NCBI GenBank assembly: GCA_951406725.2
Contig: OX597837.1
Span: 1,798,001-1,862,000, forward strand
DNA: 64,000 bases
Direction of reading: 5' to 3'
From: Octopus vulgaris
Lineage: Eukaryota
Made by a program: the position numbers and the translations under genes. This document shows positions 28,645 through 42,478 of this stretch, in pieces; positions within the stretch are counted from its first letter, which is position 1, and each line of letters begins with the position of its first letter. A model generated the notes under the pieces. That model was given only the letters and a program-made list of their open reading frames with translations. It was not told the DNA's origin and did not search any database.

Positions 28645-29703
28645 TTTACTATGATTTTTTCGAACTAACACAGACAGAGTGAACCCTTCATAAGTTTAAA
28701 AAACACCACAAAAAATACTATGTACAGACGGATACAGATCTGCTAGCCTTCAGAAATTACGCTACGAGCGATGTTTACATTCAGAGGCAGTGTCGTCGCA
28801 AAAACTTAACCCTAAACTGACAGATCCGACTCCTAATGTAAGAGCCGAAACTCGTCATGCCTCAATGTCAACAAAACAAATTACAAACCGCAATGGTCAT
28901 CGATCGGTTTACAAAAGACCACAAACCTGAACATTGTACCAAATTCTGATTGAAAAATCAGCCACTGGTTCAAATCTTCCCGACACACAGGAGCTGAACG
29001 TATCCCACAACCGGAATATTCCAACAGATGGCCATCCATGCCCGTCATCAAATAACCAAAAGAAAAAGAATGAAAAATGGTCTAAGGAAGATAATAAGGA
29101 AGTTCTTGCAGCCTTCTATCATGCCATATATTTCCCCCAAGATAAATCTAACAAAGTACGAACCTACATAAACTGGAGACAGAAACACCCTGAAGTAAGA
29201 CCCTACATAGACAGTAACAAACTTGCCAACGTCAGAAGAAACATTATAAATAAAAAATTACTGACTGAAGTAGAGATTGACTAAATCAAACAAGCAGTAA
29301 CGGATAAAAACAACGAAGCCGCAGTTAAAGAAGATAATACAGAGGAAATAATTATAGACCAACCCAGGGCTGATAAAAACGCAGTAAGGATTGAATGATA
29401 GCAAAATGGGCTAATTGCTACCTAACTCAGATACCAGGAAACCCCAAAATGTCAGAAATTCAAAAGATAGTGCTCATGGGAACTGCTCATATCCTACGCA
29501 AAATACTTTCTGTGTAATCTCAAGTTTTAAAACAAACAATTTTCGTATGGTTTTTTAGGCATTCACTAGTACAACACTAAGTACAAAGCCAAGTATATGG
29601 CACCCTAGGCATAACACCAACATAAACTTCCAACTTGTTGTCTCTTGAGGTCTCTGGGTGAGACTTGGAGCCAGCTTGTGCAAATGTAAAGCAAAAGTCA
29701 AAC

Positions 29704-29741
<38 letters not shown>

Positions 29742-29750
29742 TATAATAAT
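28645..29750 (+). mobile_element. Internally deleted R4/Dong-like non-LTR retrotransposon
   Basis: N-terminal block KWSKEDNKEVLAAFYHA...NKLANVRRNIINKKLLTEVEID joined near 29393 to C-terminal block IPGNPKMSEIQKIVLMGTAHILRKILSV*. A 3' UTR follows, ending in (TAA)n, the known Dong target repeat. 5' boundary approximate. Confidence 0.72.
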
Positions 29751-30062
29751 CCTTTCTAATATAGGTTCAAGGTCTGAAATTTGTTGGTGGGGGACAGTCG
29801 ACTACATCGACCCCAGTATTCAACTGGTATTCGTTTTGTCGACCACGAAAGTATAAAAGGCGAAGTCGACCTCGGTCAGTAATATCGGGGATAAGTCGAT
29901 TACATCAACCCCAGGGCGTAACTGGTACTTATTTTCGTCAACCCCGAAAGGAAGACAGGTAAAGTCGACCTCAGTAGAATTTGAACTCAGAACATCAAGA
30001 CAGGAAAAATACCGCTAAGCATTAGGCCCGGTTTGCTAACGATTCTGCTTGCTTGCCGCCTT
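29751..30062 (-). mobile_element. SINE family 1 (partial plus full copy)
   Basis: Reverse-complement family 1 motifs, with the body duplicated. Confidence 0.78.
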
Positions 30063-30405
30063 ATCATTGGCATTTATAATGAAGCTTAGCCATCACCAAT
30101 ATCATCACCATTGATTCTGTATCTACCATTGTCATCCACCTCATTATCCTCAGAATTGTTGCCATTTTAATCATCATTATCAATCACCACCACCCCTACT
30201 ACTATCATTATCCCCACTATCATCATCAACATCATTGTCAACATCAGCATCATCATGATCGTCAAATCCCTATAATTGTCATCATGACCGTCATCATTAT
30301 TGCAATCACCATCGTCGTTGTCGTCGTCATCACCATTTCCATCATCATGATTATTATCTTTCTCACCACCACAACCACCATTATTGTCCTCATCGATGCC
30401 GCACT

Positions 30406-30487
30406 CATCATCACCTACACCAACATTATCATCATCACCTACACCAACATTATCATCATCACCTACACCAACATTATCATCATCACC
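30406..30487. repeat. 24-bp minisatellite, about 3 copies
   Basis: Unit CATCATCACCTACACCAACATTAT. Confidence 0.85.
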
Positions 30488-30589
30488 ACCACCACCACCA
30501 TCATCATTATCATGTCATCGTCCTCGTCGTCGCCGCCCTCGTCGTCTTCATTATCATCATAATCGTTTCATTTGACATCTGCTTTAATT

Positions 30590-31480
30590 AATATCCTTGC
30601 CACCCGTTAAGGGGATTAACAACCCCCCTCCCTTTTCTCCTCATCAATTTACAGATTAATTTTATTGCTGAGTTAATCCATGAACACGAAAACAGTCTGT
30701 CAGGGGCTAATTTGTCGATATTACTAATTACTTTATGAAAACCCTTGGCAGGGTGGCGGTGGTGTTTTTGAAGGTTAGAGTTTGTTGATAAATATAAAAT
30801 AGGGGTTATTTTAGTTTCTTTGTTTTTGTTTTCTTTAACATGCAGAAGATCGATTACATTTATAGATCCCTTGACAACCTGCACAAATAGCAGCAAACAG
30901 CCCTTGAGAAAAGCCCACAATGAATAATATATTCTCATGTAGAATATTTTTGAAAGTTTTTGGATGGTCACGGTTGGGGCTTTTATATAACAAAGGAGAA
31001 GAGCACGTTATATACGTTTTGAAGATGAATTTCTGATTTAATGAAATTGTTTCCGATTCCAGAGGAAAAATTGTCTGCAATTAGAACCCACAGAAAATGT
31101 TAGACCTCTTTTAGAAACGGAGATAATTCGAACAAACCAGGATGTTTACTTAAAATGCTGTTATTCATTTTGAGATATTGCTCTTGGAGAATTTTCCTGC
31201 TTTTGCGCAAATTCCTTTTTTCTTTCTTTTCTACATGTCTTCTAATATCGTTTATGGAAACAAAAATAAGAGCCATTGGCTGTCGTAAAGCCGCCAAAAC
31301 GATGCGACTATCTTTTTCTTGATTCTCGAGGTTATCTCCCCCTGACATTTGGAATTAGTACCAGCTGACACCTAGCAACTGTTCTACCTTCTCTGGAAGA
31401 AAGGATAATTTGAATAAATCTGGAATTCAGCTGGCTTGCTTGTTTGATATATTCTTGTTCGTCCGTGTGTTTAAGTCCAT
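30590..31480 (-). mobile_element. Possible highly decayed Penelope-like RT thumb/linker remnant
   Basis: Broken peptides LLYKSPNRDH, FSQGLFAAIC and IDLLHVKENKNKETKITPILY weakly resemble PLE motifs (Y.KPT, YSQ..R...IC, LL..K....IP). Confidence 0.3.
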
Positions 31481-31852
31481 AGCGCTGGTTATACGGAGTT
31501 ATTTCTCATATATACGCACATACATTCATGCATACAGGTATATATATATATATATATACGTACATATATATATATAAATATATATATACATACATATATA
31601 TATATATAAATATATATATATATGTATATATATAAATAGATATATATAAGATATATATATATATATATACACATATAAATATATATATATATATTCATAT
31701 ATATATACATATATATATACTATATAAATATATATATATTATATATATGATATATATAATATATATATATATATATATACACATATAAATATATATATAT
31801 ATATATTCATATATATATATACATATATATATACATTAAAATATATGTATAT

Positions 31853-31883
<31 letters not shown>

Positions 31884-32176
31884 TATACATATATATACGT
31901 ACATACATACATATACATACATACATATTTATATGCATGCATATAGACACACACATACATACATATACACACACATGTATATGTTTGTGTGTGTGTGTGT
32001 GTGTGTGTGCGTTTGTGTCTGTGGCCACCTACTAGGGAGAGCAGGCATATTATGAAATTGTAAATAAACCAACAGAAGATAACAGAGTCCACGGCTGTCT
32101 TACCCAATAAAAATCATGAACTGTCAGACTTTGACATGGGTGTTTATGATGACCAACACCAATAAAGATTGTACTT

Positions 32177-32218
<42 letters not shown>

Positions 32219-32774
32219 CGGACTGCAGTACTGAACGCGTCTCTCATATTTAAAATAGTAGTTTGGTATTTGAGGACGATTTAACACCTGTTTATTGAAG
32301 TTCTTGCATTCTCGTAGGATCGACGAGGCGACAAGATTCTACTTCTCAAAGAATCACTACAAAGACCAGAATTCTTCTAAGCACGATGGGGTTCGCTATT
32401 TCGAGATTTATCACGGCATAGCTGAAAGTTCTTCCAGTGTAATATTAAAATGCGAAAGAACCTCAGAAATTTAATTCATGATTGTCAAATGAAATTTAGT
32501 TAAATAATATTAATTAAATTCCAGGTAATTAAAAGCCATATTTAATTAAAGTGATGGCCGACAATCTGGCTAATGCCGTTCTAAGTGTATGTTTTAGTAC
32601 ACACACACTTGATTATACATATATTATGTGTCTATAATTGTATACGCATACAAACACTCGCACTATGAGCAGAAATAGCATCAATCATTTTAATTCATTA
32701 AATTTCTCCTAATTAATCAGTATTAATATTATTTCACTAATTTTGTTCGAGTATCATATATTAATAGAATACTA

Positions 32775-32824
<50 letters not shown>

Positions 32825-32879
32825 GATAATAATAATAATAATATACACACATACACGCACACGCGTGTGGGTGGGTGTC

Positions 32880-33410
32880 ATTCTTGCTCGTTTCTATCAT
32901 TCGGCTGCGGTCATACTGGAGCACTGCCTCGAAGGGTTTGGTCGAACAAATCGACCCCAGTAAAGTTTTGGTACTTATTCCCCCTTCCCTTTTTGTCGAA
33001 CTTCTAAGTTATGAGGACTCAAAAAAATCAATACCTGCTGTCAGGCGATAGTGGGGGAACACACGCACATATATATTACACTCTCTTTTACTCTTTTACT
33101 TGTTTCAGTCATTTGACTGCTGGAGCACCGCCTTTTGTCGAGCAAAACGACCCCAGGACTTATTCTTTGTAAGCCTAGCAGTTATTCTTTGTAAGTCTAG
33201 TACTTATTCCTTTGCCGAACCGCTACATTACGTGTTAGGAGACGGTACCTCTAAATTTAAAATACAATCCATATGAAAGGCTTCTCTGCAGTTTCCGCCC
33301 ACCTAAATTTGCTCAGGAGAATTTGAGGTTATTGCAAATAAAATTTACCCTGGGTGCAACATAGTAAGATTGAATCTGTGATCTCGTGGTTGCAAAAGGA
33401 ATTTCTTAAC
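32880..33410 (-). mobile_element. Cluster of SINE family 2 fragments
   Basis: Repeated TTTTACTTGTTTCAGTCATTTGACTG and CGACCCCAGGACTTATTCTTTGTAAG motifs. Confidence 0.7.
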
Positions 33411-33774
33411 GTTTCGTTCATACTATGTCTACAGTCAATGTGTATTGTGAGCGGGTGTATACACCGAACGAAAGGGAGGGAAATATATAGAGAGAAAGAG
33501 CGAAGGAAGAAAGAGAGAAATAGCAAGCGAGATGTGATAGTGTGTAGACAGACAGAAACCTAGAGAGATAAACGGAGACATAGAGAGATCTACATAGACA
33601 GAGAGAGAGAGCTACGTGGATAGAGAGAGCTACATGAATAGGCAGGGCGTTAGATAAACAAACAGTTAAATGGACGGAGTGAGCTACATGGATAGACTGA
33701 GAGCTCCATGGACAGAGAAAGATACATGGTTAGACAGAGTCACACGGATGGACAGAGACAGACAGATAGCTAGC

Positions 33775-33925
<151 letters not shown>

Positions 33926-34480
33926 TTGAATGTAAACATTGATAGATATAAAAATAGATAAATAGAAAATGAATATACAACAACAAATAAGTAACAAGCA
34001 ACTAACTTGATAGATAAATGTCTATCTGGATAGATAGATAGAAAGCCAGATCGATAAATAGATAGAGACGGTAGTTATTTTTGCAGGTACTTAAGCCAAT
34101 GTATAGAAAATAAAGTAATCGATCCACCCTTTAAGCACCCATAATCTTTCTGCAACCACCCCGAACACCGCACCATCTTCTCCCTCACCACCCACTCCTT
34201 TCTGCATATCAATCCGTTCCCAGATTCAAAGTCTTGGGAAATGTCTACGTTCCAATTAAAGATTCTTCTCAGCAAATTCTTGAATCACAACAGAAAAACT
34301 GGCAAATGGAACCAATAAAGATATTCTACATCAATAAACAGGGGAGAGGAGTGGAGAGGGATGTGGGGGAAGATGGTGTATGTGTGTGTTTGTGTGTGTG
34401 TGTGTGTTTGTGTAAGGGATAGAATAACAAAACCAAAAGCGGAGAGACGGGAATACTTACACATACATAAAACATTCACA

Positions 34481-34533
<53 letters not shown>

Positions 34534-34756
34534 GTACACACATAAACATATTATATGAACACACACATGTATATACACACACAGATATAAACATACACAC
34601 AAACGCACGCGTTCACGTATGTAAACACACATATAGTGTGTGCGTGTGTATGTGTGTAATGGGGAGACAGAAAGTGAGGAAAGATTAAAGGAGAGAGAGG
34701 AAGTGTGGCGATATAAGATAGAGAGAATTGATAGCCAAAGAAGAACGATGTGGAGA

Positions 34757-34788
<32 letters not shown>

Positions 34789-35172
34789 AGGGAGACAGAG
34801 AAATAAGGGAGACAGAGAGAGAATGGAGGGAGGGAGTAGGAGAAACAGAGAGAGTATGAGTAATTTAAAAATCGTAAAGTTGACAGAGAGAAGAGTTTAT
34901 TTGAAACTTGTGAAATTAAGGGAGAGATTTTAAAAGAGAAGATAGAGACGAGGAGAGAAAGAGAAGAAAGGAGAAAGTGAAATGATAAAGTTATTGGAGA
35001 AAAGGAAGGGGAAAAGAATAGCGTGTGGGTAGAAAGGAGAAGAGAGGAGGAAGAGGGGAGAGAGAGAACGAACAAGATAGAAATCTTCGTGATCAATCAA
35101 ACATAACGGTGTAAATGTGCATGTATACAAATGCACATATGCGGTGAGGATGTGCGTGCGTGCATGTGTGTG

Positions 35173-35218
<46 letters not shown>

Positions 35219-35293
35219 ATATATGTAAATGAAGCAATGCACTTGTACACTCTGCATACAAATTGCAAACTGTACACTCCTTTAACATTGCGC

Positions 35294-35390
<97 letters not shown>

Positions 35391-35657
35391 GATGTATCGG
35401 TGCGTATGTATATGTTCAGGCGATTGGCAATACAAAGGAATAAATAAGTAAATCACACTCAAGATGGAACGATCCGCCAAAATGAGAGCCGTTTCGCCTT
35501 TGTTACTTGAATGATGCATCATCGATAGAAATTAATCCGTAAGTCGGCGGCCATGTTGGAAAGGCTTGTATTGGCGGCAATCACTTTTATTCCATGTACT
35601 GGCTGCTTGGATTGCAAATGAAACGATGTAATACATACCTATATATATATATGTGTG

Positions 35658-35712
<55 letters not shown>

Positions 35713-36471
35713 TCATATGTATACGTACGTACATATTTGTGATTTATATATATATATATATATGTATACATATATATATTCATATATACATATGTACATA
35801 TTTGTGATCTATATATCTATATATATACATCTCTCTGTGTGTGTATGTGTATACATACATATAAATGTGTATGTATATATATATATATATATTAATATCT
35901 AATGATATGTATACAAAGATATATTTTATGCTAGTGTGTTTGTATAAAGGAATGCGAAAAAATATATATCTATTTAAGTGTAGGTAATTACATACATACA
36001 TGTATGTGTCCTTATATCACTCCCTATATATGTTTACGTGTTAATATATGTTTATGTGTGTACGTGCGTGTGTATTCATGCATGTATATATTTATCTAAG
36101 TGCGCCTGATATCTATGAATACGTACAGCCTATGGGAATATTTACATATATTACATGTAATGATGGCGCTATTGTTGCTGTTGTTGTTAGAGTGATGCGT
36201 CTCTTTTGTTATGTTTCCTTCTTGTTTCGAAATTTTTGCTTTTTCAATTCTTACTTTTTTACCATTCTCTCCTTCCCTCCTTCCCTCCCTCTCTCTGCAA
36301 CTTCCTTGTAATCTCTTTAATATATTACATGAATGCCTTTCTGTTCTCTTTCCTCTGTACACATATGTATGTATATAAGTATATATGCGTGTATATATAT
36401 ATGTCACTTTATGTGTGTATATTTATTTAAAGACTGGGCATTGTACACTGTTTCATGTAGATAAAGAGATG

Positions 36472-36598
<127 letters not shown>

Positions 36599-36607
36599 GT
36601 GTGTATA

Positions 36608-36640
<33 letters not shown>

Positions 36641-36665
36641 TTCATCTCTTTCTCTATATGAAACA

Positions 36666-36702
<37 letters not shown>

Positions 36703-39335
36703 GGTCGTGGTAGTAGTCGTCGCCGTCGTTTTATATCTTCTAATGTTGTTGTTGTTGTTGTTGTTGTTGCTGCTGCTGCTCTTTTCGCTGGTATTTACAG
36801 TTTGATCTAAGTCCCCCACCCACACCCAATAAATATCGAAAGAATTTAGCCTTGATATCAATTCCTATTTCTGTAGACTTAACTGAATGGGTGGTCTCTA
36901 TTTTGCGTATTTTTCTGTCCGTCTTAACGCTTGTATCTGTCCTAATGCCTGAGTGAGAGAGTGCCTACGTCCATGCTCGCGTATGTGTGTATTCAAGTAT
37001 TTGTGTGTATATATGTGCGTCTGCGACTGCGTTTCTCAGTGAAAGAGTGCCATTATGTCAATATATGAAGCTAGCCATCTGCCTAGTTAGTTAATTCTTT
37101 GTCCCAATAAATGCACTTCCTCTTTTCTGCTTAGTCTTTCTGCTTCCTTCTCTTCCAGTAACTCTCACTTGTAACTCTCTCCTTCTTTCTCTCTATGTTT
37201 ATCCACGTGTCTTTCAGTAGATCCAGTCTGTGCAAGATCATAATTGCTATTGCTATAATCTCCCTTTTGATTGGACCTTAGTTACACTACTTAATGCACA
37301 GTTGTAGCTTCATATATTTTACGGAAACTTCCTTATTCTCTCTCTATCTGCCAATCCATTCGTCTGTCTTGATGTATCAGTCTGCATCTAGCCTTCGATA
37401 TCTGTCTAGATCTCTGTCGGGAGCTCTTTCTGCATATGCGTTTGTGTTTGTGAGCGTGTGCGCGAATGTATGTGTTTTAAAATAATTATATTAAAGAATA
37501 TCTAGTATTAGATTGACATTATTAAATCTGACTTTGGTCGGAACGAGCCTAGTGTTTAAGAGATATCTTTGATCCAAAGCAATCTAACCATGACCATGCC
37601 GTGCGGAGAAAAAGGTTCAATTCGTAATCACGTGGTTACGAGTTTCATTCCTCTAAAAGGCACCGTATGAACGTGAAATCTATTGCGAATTCGTATCAAC
37701 CCAAACGCTCTGCACAAAATTTAGATAAAGGAAACTGTGCAGAAGTCCTTTGTTGTGCGGTGGACATAATCCATACATGACTCTTTGACAGATTTAGGAA
37801 GTATAAAATATGAGTCATTGTTTAACGAGTCATGAAAAGGAATCTTCCTTTATATAGTTTTGTATCTGTAAACATATTTTCAAAGCGAGATGAAATGCTT
37901 CGACTCGTTTAACACCTCGCCTTTCGTTTCGATTTTTTTTAAATGCCTTTTAGCAAAAACCACCATGTTGCATAGACTCATTCAGGCCAGTTGTTTTGTT
38001 TGAAGAAACACTGCTACCTCATTAATACAAGTTTCGGGGATCCATTAATGGCTCATTAGTATTGCTTCCGTTCCTGACTTTAAAATATTTTTCAAAATGT
38101 GTGATTCGAATGAAATTTAGTGAAAACTTGTCGTTATTGAAATGAGTGCATAGGTACTCTCAAAATATGCATGCGACGATATTCGGCAAAACCGGATGTT
38201 ACGACCGAGAAATTGCATTCGTTTCAGAATCTACTAAGCTTTCACATAGATTTGAAACGCGGAACGTGAAGGAATTTCATAAGCAGGCTGCTCTGTTGAT
38301 CGGATCAACTGGAACTCTCGCCGTCGTCGTAACCGACGGAATTTCAGCTCAAATCCCATAAATATAACTAACTCCTTCTCTGGTTGTTATAATACAATAC
38401 CTGTCATGTATTGGGACCAAATTTAATGCCTATACCCTTTCACAAAACCTGGATAATTGTGTTAATATCATATACAGCCACATCTTTAGAAGAAGGCAAC
38501 AGTATACAAATGAGCAGTGGTTAAGCATTTCAATAGGTAGCATTCATTTTCTATGCTAACAATGGCGTCCGTAATTGCGATGGAGGTTACTATACATGTC
38601 TCCGTATATTTATATAAGAAATTATGCAAAGTTAATTCATATTTTCTAACAATCAAGGGGAAGTGATCCGCTGATATGCCAGTTTCTAAGTATGTAGCTA
38701 GGATGAAATAATATTGCAATTATGCAAATTAGCGTTTGTTACATTTCATGCAAACGTAACCGGATATGCTAATTCGCATATATTATTTCTAAGTAGAAAC
38801 ATACAAATAAAAATGTGTGTGTGTGTGTATGTGCATATGTCACGAGAGAAGCAAACGTAAAAACGCATAGCATAAGTACGGTGCGTGCGTATACGTATAT
38901 ATAGTTATATGTATACTCATATATACACACACGCATGAAGATATGTAAATATATATGCGTTTGTGCATGTGTGCGCGCACACACCTGTGTGTGTGTATGT
39001 ACATATATTATATATATATATGTGTGTGTGTGTGTACACATATGCACACACACACTTGTATGTATATATATGTGTGTATGTGTATGTGTGTGTATACACA
39101 CACTTATATTAAATATGAATCCCAAAGCATGAAATACGGAAAGAAATGTGAATGCATACGCAAACTGATATCCTTAAGGCGCATATTCCAAAAACAAAAT
39201 CACACACACCCCACACACACACAAACAACATAATTGTGTAAGTCTTTTACCTTTACATACTTCCAACCATCCGTTTTAGAAACAACCACTGTATGCGGGT
39301 AGAATACTTAAGTGAAGTTCACACCGAACAGTGTA

Positions 39336-39366
<31 letters not shown>

Positions 39367-39572
39367 TTCTTTATTGCCCACAAGGGGCTAAACATAGAGG
39401 GGACAAACAAGGACAGACAAAGTACCAGTGCGCAACTGGTACTTAATTTATTGACCCCGAAAGGATGAAAGGCAAAGTCGACCTCGGCAGAATTTGATCT
39501 CAGAACGTAACGGCAGACGAAATACGGCTACGCATTTCGCCCGGCGTGTTACCGTTTCTGCCAGCTCGCCGC

Positions 39573-39574
<2 letters not shown>
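39367..39574 (-). mobile_element. SINE family 1
   Basis: Well-preserved reverse-complement copy with the TTTGTCTGTCCTTGTTTGTCCCCTCT-type tail. Confidence 0.88.
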
Positions 39575-39663
<89 letters not shown>

Positions 39664-40393
39664 CGTGTGTGTGCGTGTGCGTGTGTGTGTGTATGTACTT
39701 TTACGTAGAGGGAGCGAGAGAAACAAAGAAAGAGATACTAATGTGGTGGCCGGGGGTGGGGAGATTTTTGAGTTTGTCAGTTTAATGGAGGTTCATTTGA
39801 AGGAACGGAAACTCTTCTGACGAGGGGAACCCAATATTAATAGCGGAGATATAAATTCATTGCAGAATTAACTTTGACTCAAACATCAAGTTTCATCTAA
39901 CAGCTTATCGAAGCCAACAGTTCTCTGGAGACCATTCGACGAATCTCAAGCGAAAATCCCGGTCAAAGCTCATTTTGTAATATCATGTTTGTATGTGTGT
40001 GTGTGTGTGCGTGTGTGTGTGTGTGTGAGTGTGTTGTTTGCGTGTGTATGTATAGGTGTATGTGTGTATGCAGCAATGTGTGTATGTGTGTGTGTGAGAG
40101 AGAGAGAGAGATAAACTATGTCATCATCATCGTCTAACGTCTACCTGCCATGTTAGAATAAGTTTAAGGATTCTACAGGGTCTCACGGGCCACAGGGCTG
40201 CGTTGCATCCCCAGTGTCTGCTTTGGTATAGTTTCTGTAGTTTCCTAACAGCAGCCTCTTCACAGGGTTCACTGGGTACAATTTTCGTGCCGCCGGCAAA
40301 AATAGGAAGGAAGAAGCGAAAAGGGGAAAAACTACCTGAATTAAATTCAGGTGGAGGTAGTGTTTGAGAAGAGGACAAGGATTCTATGTCAAA

Positions 40394-40625
40394 AGGCGGC
40401 GAGGTGGCAGAAACGTTAGCGGTATGCTTAGCAGCATTTCGTCTGACGATACGTTTTTGAGTTCAAATTTCGCCGAGGTCAACTTTGCCTTTCATCCTTT
40501 CGGGGTCAATTAAATAAGTACCAGTTACGCACTGGGGTCGATATAATCGACTTAATCCGTTTGTCTGTCCTTGTTTGTCCCCTCTGTGTGTAGCCCCTCT
40601 GTGTGTAGCCCCTCTGTGTGTAGCA
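40394..40625 (+). mobile_element. SINE family 1 with triplicated 15-nt tail unit
   Basis: Family 1 head and body; tail CCCCTCTGTGTGTAG x3. Confidence 0.88.
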
Positions 40626-41065
40626 AACCAGACCACAGATCGTGCAAGAGTGTAGATTACGCGACAGTGTTGTCGCTATGCTTAATAACGCTTTCGTCCT
40701 ACCTCTCAATCCTCACAGCCTATGAATAAATCATGACCTTTTCAATAGTTTGGAGTCAAAACTGTTGAAAAGGTTGCAAGACGCAACGAAAATTTTAGAA
40801 AAATTTAAAAAAAAAAGAAAGAAGTGGACATTTTACTGGTGAATGTGTTAAATTATAAGGCACTAAAAGAGAATGACACTCCCCAGACACAACAGAATAT
40901 GCTTCAACACACGAACTCACATAAAGAATCTTACAAACCAAATCCAAAAACGAAACATACATATATAGCTGCATGTAAATAAATCCAGGGTTTCGTTGTT
41001 AACATGGCGAAACCACTTAGAATAGAATATCATGACTAAATATTAATGCTTATTATGTCAGTGAG

Positions 41066-41108
41066 TCCAACAAAATTCGCTTTGTTTCGTCCAAAGATGC
41101 GTCAGGGA
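41066..41108 (-). ncRNA. Type I hammerhead ribozyme motif, core-mutated
   Basis: Minus strand TCC CTGACGC ATCT TT GGAC GAA ACAAAG CGAA TTTTGT T GGA. 6-bp stem III with tetraloop, GUU triplet, stem I TCC/GGA. A9 changed to C. Confidence 0.55.
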
Positions 41109-41796
41109 TAGATAACTGAGGGCGTTATGGGATGGTAATATTTTGAAATTACAGTGAAAAAAAGGATATTGAGGAAAATGATAGTGATGGATTGGGGGCA
41201 TTCTTTAACATAAATTTCTCTATCTTTTCCCCCATCACCGTCACCATTCTCATTTTCATCACTACCATCATCATTATCATCACAATTATCACGGCTATCA
41301 TCATCACTCTCCTACGACCAACATATTAGTCGTTATTATCTCTATTGTTCTAAACATTTTTCTACAAAGTTTTTATCGTAACAGTCATTGTACCCGATCA
41401 CCACCCAGTTAGTATCAAGACTATCTCAGCTATATCGGCTTCTCTATTTGTTTGGCTAATTAACCTTCGATCTGTCTGTGATCGAAAGGAAATTAGATTC
41501 GCAATTTTTCATTGAAAATTTATTATACCTATTTGCATGCGTGTGTATATCTGAATATATTTTGTTCTAACTCTGTCTAATGAACGCATCTTTAATGCAA
41601 AACATCGTAAGTAAAGGCAAAATATTGAATTATACCTATAAGAAGAAACACGTGTGTTTGTGAATATATATTATATATGTAGGCAATGAGCTCAAAACGA
41701 AGACAAGAGAGGAGGTGAAATCTTTAACAGATGTAGTTTAACGCTTAAAACGAAGGGAATATAATATAATGACATTTGTTTTGTTTCCATTTTCAG

Positions 41797-41950
41797 TTTA
41801 GCACAATCTGCAATGAATCGTGCCAATATGAAAGAATTCCTCAGTTTAGATTCGGAACATTTGACAGTCTTTGTACCAAGCAACAAAGCGTTTTTGAAAA
41901 TTCCAGACGACAAAGCAAACAGACTCATGAATGGCGATTTAATACGACAG
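41797..41950 (+). CDS. Internal coding exon A of a fasciclin (FAS1)-domain protein (fasciclin I/periostin/TGFBI-like)
   Basis: Acceptor ttgtttccattttcag|, donor CAG|gtgag. Translates (x)LAQSAMNRANMKEFLSLDSEHLTVFVPSNKAFLKIPDDKANRLMNGDLIRQ, containing the FAS1 H1 motif TVFVPSNKAF. Starts phase 2, ends phase 0. Confidence 0.92.
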
Positions 41951-42035
41951 GTGAGACGAAGATTGGTTTTCTTGTACTTACAACTCGCATGTGATATTCA
42001 ATCTTATGCCACATCGGTGTGTGTGAAATATATAT

Positions 42036-42263
42036 ATTCTTTTATTCTTTTACTTGTGTCAGTCATTTGTCTGTGGCCATGCTGGAGCACCACCTTGAAG
42101 GATTTTAGTCAAAGAAATCGACGCCAGGGCTTATTTTTTTAAAGCCTAGAACTTATTCTATTAGTTCTTTTGTCGAACCGCTAAGTTACAGGGACGTAAA
42201 CACAAAAAACACCGATTGTCAGGCGGTGATGAGGGAACAAGCACAAAGACACATACACACACA

Positions 42264-42303
<40 letters not shown>

Positions 42304-42478
42304 CACACACTATATATATATATATATATATATACATATACGACGGGCTTCTTTCAGGTTTCTGTCTACCAAATCCACTCACAAGGTGTTGGTCGGTCCG
42401 AGGCTATAGTAGAAGACACTTGCCCAAAATGTCACGCACTGACCAGGACTATGTGGTCACAAGGCGAGCTTCCTAACT
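42036..42478 (-). mobile_element. SINE family 2
   Basis: Near full-length reverse-complement copy about 85 nt downstream of exon A. An oppositely oriented 3' fragment follows at about 42555-42770. Confidence 0.85.
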
